The notes beneath the pieces are model-generated. The model made no database searches and had not been told where the DNA came from. It saw only the letters and a list, made by a program, of their open reading frames with translations. This document shows, piece by piece, positions 36,810-45,936 of a stretch of 64,000 bases of DNA. The DNA comes from Candidatus Saccharimonadota bacterium (lineage in GTDB: Bacteria > Patescibacteriota > Saccharimonadia > Saccharimonadales > UBA4665), in contig JAQBRQ010000041.1 of assembly GCA_028286385.1 (NCBI GenBank), forward strand, positions 826 to 64,825, read 5' to 3'. Position 1 is the stretch's first letter. Every line of letters starts with the position of its first letter. The position numbers and the translations under genes are program-made.

Positions 36810-37089
36810 CTTCAGGAGAAATATTGTTAATTTTTTCTAACCCCTCTCTTATCCCTCCGAACACATCGGCCGCAAGCCTGATAAAATCTATTCTTCGCTG
36901 GGTACGTGCACGATCGTCTGACCCAAGTGCAATATATTCTGCTCTCACTGCATCGAATGCGTCAAGCGAGCCTTCTGCTAAGCATGTAAAACCAGTTGTC
37001 GGACGTGTTGCGGTTAAGGGCGCAACTGCCTCGAAAACTTCGAGATATTCTGGATCATAGGCATCGTAAGTGCCTGAGTACTTACTCAT
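36784..37089 (-). CDS. Hypothetical protein
   Basis: 101-codon ORF overlapping the HIT gene start by 26 nt. No motif recognised. Confidence 0.4.
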   Translation of the reverse strand: MSKYSGTYDAYDPEYLEVFEAVAPLTATRPTTGFTCLAEGSLDAFDAVRAEYIALGSDDRARTQRRIDFIRLAADVFGGIREGLEKINNISPEDEDILRAA

Positions 37090-37227
37090 AGTTACATAGT
37101 ATCAACTCTTCCAACAATTACATAAAACTGCTCATCAGTTTTGTATTTTGCCATGCTGCTTTTCGTGCTGTTTATCTTTTTGAGATACTCTTCAACAAAT
37201 AGAGAAGATTGATGAGAACACTAATCT

Positions 37228-37800
37228 TTAGCCATGGTAAGCTTCCGTAGCTCCACTTGAATCATCTGAATAGCATTCGGCGGACTTGGCTTGGCCCGCG
37301 AAGGCAGTTTCAAGAAGCTTAACAGGCACCTTGTTCTTTTTTAATAGTGAGCAGCTAAAACCCAACTGCGTATGCGAGAGGTCTGACCATGCATCGTTAA
37401 CCTTTGCAAATAAATGTACCGAGCCCCCATTGCACCCAATAGCGGTAATTGCAAAACCGTTTGAGGCATAAGTAACTTCTTGATCGGTAGGTTTGTCATT
37501 GATGTCAACAATTTGCGAGTTCTTTATGCACCCAGGGACATCATGCTGGGTTTGAGCGAGAATTGCGGCTTGAAGATCATGGGGTATTTTTGAATAAACA
37601 GTTTTTTCAACAGTCGGTTGCGTAGTGGAAGCCTTTGCGGATTGAAGAGCAGTGCTCTGCATTATGGCGGAAGTATCTGGGATTGTTTGCTTGCTGTGCC
37701 TACCAAGCCACACGGACCAGCCTGTAATCCCAAGAATTCCGACTATCACCAAAAGCAATAAGCCTTCAATTGCACTAAAGCCTTGCTGGTTCTTTTTCAT
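37228..37800 (-). CDS. Type IV pilin-like protein (prepilin-type N-terminal cleavage/methylation domain)
   Basis: N-terminus MKKNQQGFSAIEGLLLLVIVGILGI has the G/F cleavage site, Glu at +5 and a hydrophobic helix. Confidence 0.7.
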   Translation of the reverse strand: MKKNQQGFSAIEGLLLLVIVGILGITGWSVWLGRHSKQTIPDTSAIMQSTALQSAKASTTQPTVEKTVYSKIPHDLQAAILAQTQHDVPGCIKNSQIVDINDKPTDQEVTYASNGFAITAIGCNGGSVHLFAKVNDAWSDLSHTQLGFSCSLLKKNKVPVKLLETAFAGQAKSAECYSDDSSGATEAYHG

Positions 37801-37857
37801 AAATCTAACTGTACATAAGGCGCAGGCATTAGTCCACAGTGCTTATGCTTGGTGATG

Positions 37858-38253
37858 TTAGTCTAGCAAGCTTAGATCTAAAACTAGTGCCTGAAGCTCT
37901 GAAATATTAAACGGCTTGCCTAGAAAGTGATATGCACCGATACCTTTATGCTCAGCTTTAAACAGATTGCCGAGTGTATCATCGGCCGTAAGCATAATCA
38001 CCTTGGCCTTGCCTAAAAGTTTATTTTTCTGCACTATGTCCATGAAGTCGAATCCGGTTTTATCAGGCATGTGCAGGTCGAGAATAATAATGTCGGGGTC
38101 TATGGCCTTCATTTGTTGGATGCCCGATGCTACATCAGCGCTTTCTGTGACTTCAATGTTCAAAAAATCTTGCTCTTCAACAGTAAGACGAACTGCCTCT
38201 CTGATGCTGGCTTCATCATCGATTATTAAAATCTTTTTTGTCGGCTTAGACAT
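37858..38253 (-). CDS. Stand-alone response-regulator receiver protein
   Basis: KKILIIDDEASIRE and IIILDLHMPDKTG (acceptor Asp). There is no output domain. I chose the start at 38253 (GAGGAG SD); the longer track ORF would run into the upstream gene. Confidence 0.8.
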   Translation of the reverse strand: MSKPTKKILIIDDEASIREAVRLTVEEQDFLNIEVTESADVASGIQQMKAIDPDIIILDLHMPDKTGFDFMDIVQKNKLLGKAKVIMLTADDTLGNLFKAEHKGIGAYHFLGKPFNISELQALVLDLSLLD

Positions 38254-38293
38254 GAACTCCTCATACCCCAATAACCGCAGTATAACAGAATAG

Positions 38294-38665
38294 CTAGTGC
38301 TTATTGACATGCTTTGCGACGATTGCCAACAAGTGTTCCATCTGAAAAGGCTTGGAAACACAGTCATCAGCTCCTGAGTCTTTGGCAATTTGTTCAATAT
38401 CTTTTGTGGCAGAGATCATAATGACAGGAATATGCTTAGTTGTAGCATTGCTTTTGAGGAGTTTACAAACGTTTCTACCATCTATGCCAGACATCCAAAT
38501 GTCTAGAAGTAAAAGATCCGGTAAGGGTGCTTTTATGTCTTGGACTGTTGCTCCATCCACTGTCGTTTCGACCTCATAGCCTTCTTCTTCAAGCATAATC
38601 TTAAGAGCATCCAGGATTGCGGGATTGTCATCGGCAACTAGTATTTTCTTCTTTGTATCAGCCAT
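38294..38665 (-). CDS. Stand-alone response-regulator receiver protein (CheY-like)
   Basis: KKILVADDNPAILD, LLLLDIWMSGIDG, and VIMISATKD with the following K. There is no output domain. Confidence 0.85.
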   Translation of the reverse strand: MADTKKKILVADDNPAILDALKIMLEEEGYEVETTVDGATVQDIKAPLPDLLLLDIWMSGIDGRNVCKLLKSNATTKHIPVIMISATKDIEQIAKDSGADDCVSKPFQMEHLLAIVAKHVNKH

Positions 38666-38677
38666 ATGTAACTTTCT

Positions 38678-40003
38678 CTACTTGGTCATTGGTAAAGAAA
38701 AACAAAAGGTTGAGCCTTTTGCTTTTATACTTTCTACCCACACGCGACCGTTGTGACGCTTGATAATATCAGAGGCGATGTATAGCCCTAACCCCAGTCC
38801 GGGATAAGTGGCCTGGTCCGATCCGCCAACCCGGTAAAAACGGTCAAAAACCTTTGCTTGATCTTCTTTTGATAAGCCTACTCCAAAATCCTGGACGCAC
38901 AGTGTAACATTGTCTTTATCCACAACCGTGCTGACGATAATTTTATCTGCATGGGGCGAGTATTTGATGGCGTTCGTCAAAAAATTTATGAGTACCTGTC
39001 CCAAACGATCATGATCCCCATAGACCGTTCTTGAGGGCTGTAATTCTTGCTCAATGTGATGTTTTTCCGTTGTCCGTTGCAGTTCTTCAACAGTCTCTGC
39101 GACCAGATCGTTAAAATCAAAATGGCTTTCATGGAACTGTATTCTGCCTGCTTCAATCTTAGTTACATCCAGTAAGTCACCAATAAGATCGGTGAGTTTA
39201 TCAAGCTGCGCGTCCATTTTTGCGACCAACTCCACTGATTTTATATCCCCAGCCTTCTGAAATCTTTTACCGAGGATCTGAGTATACGCCTTTACGCTAG
39301 TGATGGGAGTCTTGAGTTCATGCGATGCAATACTAACAAACTCATCTTTTTGCTGTTCAAGCTGTTGTCGCTCGGTAATATCTTCGATGGCGAGCAGAAT
39401 AAGTGACGTTTTATCCGGTCCTTGCCGAAGGGTTCGGGCATTCAAGAGCATGGTCTTTTGGCCGATGTCCTTAAAATCATGTGCCACTACAAAGTCCTCA
39501 ATGGTGTTCTTCTCGGGAAGAATTTCCTCAAGCAATATACGAAGTTTCGGAATGTTCCACTGTCGGTTTCCCAGATCGTACAGCAACCTGTTTTCTGTAT
39601 CGTTTGGCGCTACCTTGAAAGCGTTATAGAACGCTTCATTGGCCGATATGATTCGCAGGTCTTTATTCAGAACCAACAATGGTCCGCGGACTGTCCGGAT
39701 AATGGCATCCGCATAATCACGGGTAATAGTTAATTCTTCATTCGTGACATCCAGCTCGCTGATAATTTCATTGGTATATTCTTGAGTCAACTCCACCGCT
39801 TCTTTTAGTTTAATTATCTTTTCTTGCCGAGGAGTATGAATCGGCTCATCTGATTGAGCGGGACTTGTTTTTTGAGAAACTAGAGGCGTGATGCCCATAT
39901 CCGCTTGCGCGCTGATAACCCGCCGTAAATCACTAGCCGAAGGAGTACGTGTTTTTTTAGGATGTTCGCCCTTCATAGGTCGTATCCTTTCTTTGATTTC
40001 CAC
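38678..40003 (-). CDS. Cytoplasmic PAS-domain sensor histidine kinase
   Basis: H-box SHELKTPITSV, N box NFLTNAIKYS, G boxes DFGVGL and GLGLGLYI. A PAS-like region lies upstream. I saw no TM segment. Confidence 0.85.
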   Translation of the reverse strand: MEIKERIRPMKGEHPKKTRTPSASDLRRVISAQADMGITPLVSQKTSPAQSDEPIHTPRQEKIIKLKEAVELTQEYTNEIISELDVTNEELTITRDYADAIIRTVRGPLLVLNKDLRIISANEAFYNAFKVAPNDTENRLLYDLGNRQWNIPKLRILLEEILPEKNTIEDFVVAHDFKDIGQKTMLLNARTLRQGPDKTSLILLAIEDITERQQLEQQKDEFVSIASHELKTPITSVKAYTQILGKRFQKAGDIKSVELVAKMDAQLDKLTDLIGDLLDVTKIEAGRIQFHESHFDFNDLVAETVEELQRTTEKHHIEQELQPSRTVYGDHDRLGQVLINFLTNAIKYSPHADKIIVSTVVDKDNVTLCVQDFGVGLSKEDQAKVFDRFYRVGGSDQATYPGLGLGLYIASDIIKRHNGRVWVESIKAKGSTFCFSLPMTK

Positions 40004-40157
40004 TAAGAGATAAGCTCGTTACGCTTAAGCGTTGATAAGCCTGTAGATGATGGCGATGCCAGCTCAATAACTACATAACTACCCTAAGTATAGCTTAATT
40101 GAGTACGTGCAAGAAAGATAACTGAGAGTATAGCCAAAACACCTATACTGGAATGGT

Positions 40158-40322
40158 ATGGACGATTCATCAAAAAAGATTTTATCGAGCGGTATACTTG
40201 TCGGAATAGTTCTTGTTGCGTTGCTAGGAGGCTTGGCATTGGTAGTTCGAAGCCTCAGAAATGTTGAGCTGAAACTTAACTTAGAGTTAAAGAAGGATGA
40301 TTCAACTGAAAAGAAGTATTGA
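40158..40322 (+). CDS. Possible 54-aa single-TM small protein
   Basis: The ATG at 40158 gives MDDSSKKILSSGILVGIVLVALLGGLALVV... It is intergenic. No clear SD. Confidence 0.3.
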   Translation: MDDSSKKILSSGILVGIVLVALLGGLALVVRSLRNVELKLNLELKKDDSTEKKY

Positions 40323-40333
40323 GTGCCAGCTTA

Positions 40334-41953
40334 TCATATCCGCGGAAGAACCCGGATAGTGGCCATCATGCCATCGTCTTCGTGTTCCAAGATGTGACAA
40401 TGGTAGACGTAGTCTCCAATGTCCGCTCCACGGAAGTCCAAGCGTACTTTTACGTTGGGGTACGGACCGGCTCCAGACCAAGCGGGAATGTCCACTGTGT
40501 CAATGACCTGTTGCTCCAGAACGGGCGCGGGAGCACCGTTGCGTTCTAGAAGGAAAAAGTGAATCTGGTGTATGTGAAAGGTGTGGAGTTCACGTGATCG
40601 GTTTTCGAGCGTCCAGTCTTCCACTGACCCTTGCTTGGTGGTAATGGCCGGTGGATTGGTTGGGCTAAAGAGTTTCGGCGTGGCGCCGTCTACAGTAACA
40701 AAAAACTGGCTTTTATTATTGATCTCGGAAAAATACACCGTGCGCGTTGTTGTTGGTGGCGTGGTTGCCAGTAGATTAAAGCGCTGCGGACCAGGTGCTC
40801 CAGACTGCAAGGGCATTGCGGAGGGCTCTGCTGCGTTCGAGTCTGTATGGATAGCAATGAGCGGCCGTGCTGGATCGCTGTCGCCATCCGGACCAGTGTC
40901 AACTTTCTGCGTGACCAGCTGCGCTTTTTTTACGTTCGGGGATGGCCCTTGAACGATGAACTCTGCCCGTGCCGCGGGCGGAATTACGATGTGCTTAACC
41001 GGTATGAGCTTGCCTTGACTAGTGCCGTCTTGTGACTCTGCCGGAACGCCATCGCGGCCTGCTAGTTGCAACTCTTGTGGCACGCCGTCGTACTGCAGCT
41101 CCAAATCAATAACTGTATCTGCGGATGAGTTCGTAATCCGCCAAAATTCTTTTTTGCCAGGTTTCATTGTGAGTTCGGCTGGCACGTAGTTCGGGTACGA
41201 AACGGGAACATAATTGACTGACAAATCCTTCTCGGGCACAATGGGCGGAGTAACACTTCCTGCGGGACTGTTGTGCGGGAGCACTTGGTCCCGGATGGTG
41301 AGAATGCGCTCAGGTAGTCCCCTTACTGCTTGCTGTAGATCCTCAATCCCTTCCACGACAAGGGCTCCACTCGCGCCGCCGAGTACTGCCGATTCTGCAA
41401 GGCCGTGGACATGTGGGTGATACCAGTAAAGTCCGGGAGGCTCATCAACCGGAAACCCGATGTCGTACGTAAAAGTCTGTCCGGAATTGATGAGCGTATG
41501 AATGACTTCGTCCGAGTGGCATGCCGGCGAAACGTTGGTGCCGTGATAGTGAATATTGACGGAGGAGGCGTTTGATGTGGTTGCCCCGCAGACCTGCGCT
41601 CCCGAGTTATCCACTTTCATCATGTGGCCGGCGGAGGTAGGCTTCGGCAGCTTGTTTTTAACGGTCACGATCAAGTGGTCACCCGGAAGCACATGGAAGG
41701 TCGGGGACTCCTTGCCGTCCGACGTGGTAAAGCAATATAAAGTTCTGCCGGCGGCATCTTTGGAGGTGTTGTAAGAAAGATTCACGAAAAGAAACCCGTC
41801 TTTGCTGTAGAGGTCTGGTGCAGCCGCTACGGCGCTGCCCGGGGCAAAACGGTGGCATGTGCCGCGGTTGGCTTTTTGGTTTTCTTGAACCGCAAGCCAA
41901 CCAACAACCAGCACCAACACGATCCCCAGGACGGCTGCAAGTTTAGTTTTCAT
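40334..41953 (-). CDS. Multicopper oxidase (laccase-like), secreted
   Basis: Copper-site motifs IHYHG, WYHPHVHG, HTFHIH and HCHILEHEDDGMM. N-terminal signal or anchor. Confidence 0.9.
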   Translation of the reverse strand: MKTKLAAVLGIVLVLVVGWLAVQENQKANRGTCHRFAPGSAVAAAPDLYSKDGFLFVNLSYNTSKDAAGRTLYCFTTSDGKESPTFHVLPGDHLIVTVKNKLPKPTSAGHMMKVDNSGAQVCGATTSNASSVNIHYHGTNVSPACHSDEVIHTLINSGQTFTYDIGFPVDEPPGLYWYHPHVHGLAESAVLGGASGALVVEGIEDLQQAVRGLPERILTIRDQVLPHNSPAGSVTPPIVPEKDLSVNYVPVSYPNYVPAELTMKPGKKEFWRITNSSADTVIDLELQYDGVPQELQLAGRDGVPAESQDGTSQGKLIPVKHIVIPPAARAEFIVQGPSPNVKKAQLVTQKVDTGPDGDSDPARPLIAIHTDSNAAEPSAMPLQSGAPGPQRFNLLATTPPTTTRTVYFSEINNKSQFFVTVDGATPKLFSPTNPPAITTKQGSVEDWTLENRSRELHTFHIHQIHFFLLERNGAPAPVLEQQVIDTVDIPAWSGAGPYPNVKVRLDFRGADIGDYVYHCHILEHEDDGMMATIRVLPRI

Positions 41954-42024
41954 AGCGTTATCCTCCTGCCCTGCTAGAAGGTCCCTCGAAGCCGTGTTAC
42001 TTTAGTGAAGAGCTATCTAATGTT

Positions 42025-42318
42025 CTAATGTTGTGAAACTTGATAGCAAGCCACGTCATACTGAGACGGGGCTCCGGCAGCCTCATAGTGTTGGCCGCCT
42101 ATACCGCCGTTCGGGCTGTCCAGCCCGGCTTCATTAAAGGGTGAACCTGGCGATGAGCTAGCATGCCCTGGGGCGCGGCCACCACCCTGTGTTTCGATGG
42201 ATACACAGTCTTGGTTTGGCCGGCCAGTTCCACTGGGGTTAGGCGCGCCAAAAGCTATAGCTCCTGGTGCAAGGCCAACTAAAGCTACAATCGATGTAAA
42301 TGCGATAAACCTTTTCAT
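42025..42318 (-). CDS. Small secreted Gly/Pro/Ser-rich protein, hypothetical
   Basis: Signal peptide MKRFIAFTSIVALVGLAPGAIA. The mature part is ~75 aa with two Cys. Confidence 0.45.
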   Translation of the reverse strand: MKRFIAFTSIVALVGLAPGAIAFGAPNPSGTGRPNQDCVSIETQGGGRAPGHASSSPGSPFNEAGLDSPNGGIGGQHYEAAGAPSQYDVACYQVSQH

Positions 42319-42541
42319 AATATATTCCCCTTTGACTACTTAATAATAAATAAAAAATCAAATGACCATCCTAATTTAGCCCCTATAAGGCTTGTTGTCA
42401 GTAAGATGCCTCACCATTTAGATGATAAAAAGGCTTCAGAGGAAGTTTTTAACATAACCGGTATTGGAGGACCATCGTGGAAGCTATCGTAACTAAATTC
42501 AACGTAAACTTGCCTGAACCAAGTGGTCAAAGCGTTTTTGC

Positions 42542-43123
42542 TTAGACTTCTTGCGCACTTGCAACAAGCAATGGTGATAGTGCTTCAAATGCCTCGGACT
42601 GATCAATATCAGGTATTACATAACCTGTGGCCTCTTGGTCAGCCAAGGCAGGGTCTACTACGAAGCCTAGAAAATCACCCCAGGTTTCTCCCCAATGCCC
42701 CCGACGGTTCCAAGGAGCAGATACTAGAGCATTCCTACTTGCCATATGTATGCCGTCAATAGCAAGTCTATCTAGTTTGCGAAAGGCTCTTACTGACTTA
42801 GAAGCACTAATCTTTACGTCTGCGGTAAAGAATTCACCCCATTCAACTACATCCAGAACCTGGCCGCCATGCGTGCGGTATCTTCTTATCTCATCCGCTC
42901 GATTGAGGTAGTCTGCTCGATCGTCAGGGAGGCTCCACATTTCAACAATATTCGGCACTTTACTGGCAATGTTGGGGTCGTCTGCGTGTTCTGCCAAGAG
43001 ATCAGCTTCAACCTGCTCTTGTAGATTACTGTTAATCCTCTCATTGAAGAAAGCTAACCCTTCATCAGTAAAGTGAACCTTTACGCCTACTCTTTCAAAG
43101 GTAGCAATGTCTGGTGTTGTCAT
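42542..43123 (-). CDS. Hypothetical cytoplasmic protein
   Basis: Intact 193-codon ORF. No motif recognised. Confidence 0.45.
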   Translation of the reverse strand: MTTPDIATFERVGVKVHFTDEGLAFFNERINSNLQEQVEADLLAEHADDPNIASKVPNIVEMWSLPDDRADYLNRADEIRRYRTHGGQVLDVVEWGEFFTADVKISASKSVRAFRKLDRLAIDGIHMASRNALVSAPWNRRGHWGETWGDFLGFVVDPALADQEATGYVIPDIDQSEAFEALSPLLVASAQEV

Positions 43124-43207
43124 GAAATAATTTATACACTTATATTAACAAATATACAACTTTATAATGTGGAATTCAGTCATAATAGAGGTCAAAACGC
43201 TTATATT

Positions 43208-43284
43208 TGGAGGGCCAGGAGGGACTCGAACCCTCGACACCCTGCTTAAGAGGCAGGTGCTCTAACCAGCTGAGCTACTGGCCC
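43208..43284 (-). tRNA. tRNA-Lys (anticodon CTT)
   Basis: Acceptor GGGCCAG/CTGGCCC, D GCTC/GAGC, anticodon stem CCTGC/GCAGG with loop CTCTTAA, T arm GAGGG-TTCGAGT-CCCTC, encoded CCA. Confidence 0.9.
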
Positions 43285-43355
43285 TTGTTGTCGTGCATGT
43301 GGATAATGCGTTTAGACTCAACAAACTTTAGCAAATTACCTCTGTTTTGGCAAGT

Positions 43356-43817
43356 TCAAACTGTGTTTGGCGGAGAAGCTTTGGGCGTCGTTTGGTTAAT
43401 TTTCTTCTGGATAGTGCTGCAAAAGAACGCCAGCCCGATTGAGGTGAGGACAATCAATATGCCAAGCATGATCAGCAGTACCGTGATAATCTGAGTATCG
43501 TTTCTGCCTAAATCATCCGATCCGATGTAGGGGAATGTAGGCAAAAGGAACAGGAAGCCCGTGCCAATAATATAGTAGGAAAAAGTATCGACTGCCCTGA
43601 TGCGCTTGTATGAGACATGTTCCAAGGCGTTAGCGTACTCCCAGACCCACCAGTAACTTAGGCCGGGGATGATTAAGTACCAGATCTTTGGCACTAGTTG
43701 TTGGCGGGCTGCCTGATTGATTGCTTGCCGGCTTTTGGCGCACCAATAAAAGAAGTACAAGCCAAACGTTAGCAAATGCATAATGTATATTTTTGCCGTG
43801 CTGGGAGCCGGGCGCAT
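43356..43817 (-). CDS. DUF4234-like membrane protein
   Basis: HLLTFGLYFFYWCAKSRQAIN matches the TFG(I/L)Y..YW signature. Several TM helices. Confidence 0.55.
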   Translation of the reverse strand: MRPAPSTAKIYIMHLLTFGLYFFYWCAKSRQAINQAARQQLVPKIWYLIIPGLSYWWVWEYANALEHVSYKRIRAVDTFSYYIIGTGFLFLLPTFPYIGSDDLGRNDTQIITVLLIMLGILIVLTSIGLAFFCSTIQKKINQTTPKASPPNTV

Positions 43818-43819
43818 GA

Positions 43820-44377
43820 TTATTGCACTTGCGGTGGTGTTTGAGCAGCAGCTTGAGGCTGGCTGGAATCACCCGAAGTAACGGCTATAGGCGTAGCAGC
43901 AGGAGCGGCGACTGGCGCCTCCGTGATAGTGACTGGCGTTGGCACGGCAGTTGGTACTGCAACTGGGGGTTCAGGAGCAACGGGAGCAGGTGAGGGTGCC
44001 GCAGCTGGAGCTGCATTAGTAGGGCCGCCGAACGAGTTGTCTGGCTGAGTTGCGGTAAACTGCGTGCCACCAGCAGACGCTGTTGCTAATTTGTTAAACT
44101 CACTTTGGATGACGAGGTCTCCAACAAACCCAAGGAACGCTTCGACGACAAACGCCAGTGGTGCAGAAACTTTGTTGCTCGTAACCTGATCAACAGCTTC
44201 TGAATACTTCCAGAGCCAGTAGATAGACACGAAAGGTATAATCAGCAACCAAGCGGTAGGCACGTTTGCGCCCAATCGGTTCATTTCATTTTTGGTACTG
44301 ATAGACCAATACAGGCTGTAGATACCAAAAGTTACTAGTGATAATAGGATCATCTTAACGATACTGCGTTGTCGCAT
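43820..44377 (-). CDS. DUF4234-like membrane protein with a Pro/Ala-rich C-terminal tail
   Basis: LLSLVTFGIYSLYWSISTKNEMN signature. The tail is rich in A/P/V/T. Confidence 0.55.
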   Translation of the reverse strand: MRQRSIVKMILLSLVTFGIYSLYWSISTKNEMNRLGANVPTAWLLIIPFVSIYWLWKYSEAVDQVTSNKVSAPLAFVVEAFLGFVGDLVIQSEFNKLATASAGGTQFTATQPDNSFGGPTNAAPAAAPSPAPVAPEPPVAVPTAVPTPVTITEAPVAAPAATPIAVTSGDSSQPQAAAQTPPQVQ

Positions 44378-44481
44378 AGAAAGGCTCTCTTTTTATATTA
44401 TTTGATTATATTGCTCATGCTAATCATATTAATATTGACAACAAAATGCAACCCACGAGCTATGATGCTACAATTAACAGA

Positions 44482-45292
44482 TATGAAAATACTTAACGGC
44501 AAAGAACTTTCGAGCTATATAGAAGAGCGCCAAGCCCACCAGGTCCGTGGGTTGCGTCAGGCGCAGGGCATCGCGCCGAAGCTAGCGATTATTGTGACTG
44601 TCGATAATCCGGTCATCGATGTCTATATGCGTCTAAAAAAGCAGTACGGAAGCGACATTCTGGTTGACGTTGACGTACACCGCGTCCAACAAACAGAGGT
44701 CAAATCGTTACTTAACACGTTAAATGTTGATGACTCGGTGCATGGTATTATCATCCAGCTGCCCCTGCAAGATCCATCGCAAACCGAAGGATTAGTCAAT
44801 CTTGTTGCGCCCGAAAAGGATGTCGATGCCCTCGGTGCTAATGCCGCGTTTGACCCAGCAACGCCGATGGCAATCATGTGGTTACTAGCCGGTTACAATA
44901 TAGATTTGAGAGGCAAAAACATCTTGCTGATTGGCCGCGGCAAGCTGGTCGGCGCACCCTTGGAACGTCAGTTGCTCGAAATGGGGCATACCGTGCAGGT
45001 AGCTGATCGCACCACAGAAGATCTTGGCGCCCTCACGCTCGACGCCGACATTATCGTGACGGCAGCCGGTAGCCCGGCCTTATTATTCCCAGACATGATT
45101 AGCCAAGGCACGGTCGTCGTCGATGCTGGTGTGGCCAGCGAAGACGGCAAAACCGTTGGCGATGTCGCCCCCGAAGTCTACGACCGCGACGATCTAACAA
45201 TTACACCCGTCAAAGGCGGTGTCGGCCCGTTGACCGTCTGCGCCCTGTTCGAAAACGTTATTAGAGCTGCCCAAAGGAGGACAGAAGCTTGA
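44482..45292 (+). CDS. folD: Bifunctional 5,10-methylene-THF dehydrogenase / methenyl-THF cyclohydrolase
   Basis: MKILNGKELS..., YMRLKKQ, HGIIIQLPL, IGRGKLVGAPL, PVKGGVGPLT. Alternative starts are 44461 and 44369 (track). Confidence 0.9.
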
Positions 45293-45936
45293 AGATCGGC
45301 GTCTTTGACTCCGGAGTTGGCGGCCTGAGTGTCGCTAACGCCATCGAAAAGGCCTTGCCCGAGCACATTGTACTTTTCAAGAATGACGTCGAGCACATGC
45401 CATACGGTGTTAGAACCCCTGAACAGATCTTAGGTCTCGTTACGCCAATCCTCCAAGAATTAGTTGACGAAGGCTGCCAGGCAATTGTCGTCGCCTGCAA
45501 TACAGTATCGACGACACTTATTAAAAAGCTCCGTGAGCTTTTTAGCGTTCCACTAATTGCGATTGAGCCAATGATAAAACCAGCAGCAGCGCTTACCCAA
45601 GCCGGTAAAATTATAGTGTGTGCTACACCGACCACGCTTGCCAGTGCGCGCTATGCTGAACTCAAGGCTAGCTATGCGCCGGGCATCGTTGTTATCGAGC
45701 CAGACTGTAGTGATTGGGCATTAATGATTCAAGATGAGCAGATCAATGAAACCAAGGTGGCTGAAGACATTCAGTCAGGACTCAAAGAAGGGGCTGACGT
45801 CATCGTACTGGCTTGTACGCACTATCACTGGATTGAGGAGCAGATCCGTGAGTTGGCAGCTGGTCGTGCACAGGTTTTACAACCCGAATCGCCAATAATC
45901 GCCGAGCTTAAGCGAGTGCTTGTACGGCTGCAATAA
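45289..45936 (+). CDS. murI: Glutamate racemase (compact, 215 aa)
   Basis: IGVFDSGVGGLSV, plus both catalytic Cys blocks VVACNTVS and LACTHYH. The TTG start overlaps the folD stop. Confidence 0.8.
   Translation: MKIGVFDSGVGGLSVANAIEKALPEHIVLFKNDVEHMPYGVRTPEQILGLVTPILQELVDEGCQAIVVACNTVSTTLIKKLRELFSVPLIAIEPMIKPAAALTQAGKIIVCATPTTLASARYAELKASYAPGIVVIEPDCSDWALMIQDEQINETKVAEDIQSGLKEGADVIVLACTHYHWIEEQIRELAAGRAQVLQPESPIIAELKRVLVRLQ

Noticed and set aside
44369-44481. Long N-terminal extensions suggested by the ORF track for folD (44369), the Clp ATPase (32216), the receiver protein (38397), the phosphodiester glycosidase (23887) and the secreted protein (52563).
   Set aside because: The extensions are hydrophobic or basic junk, or they overlap divergent neighbours. 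Internal ATG codons give family-typical N-termini, and several have better SD sequences.
45908-45936. 29-nt convergent overlap of the murI and murD 3' ends, and 4-nt overlaps at folC/folA, folD/murI and HIT/maf.
   Set aside because: This is normal gene packing for a compact genome. It gives no evidence of frameshifting or fusion.
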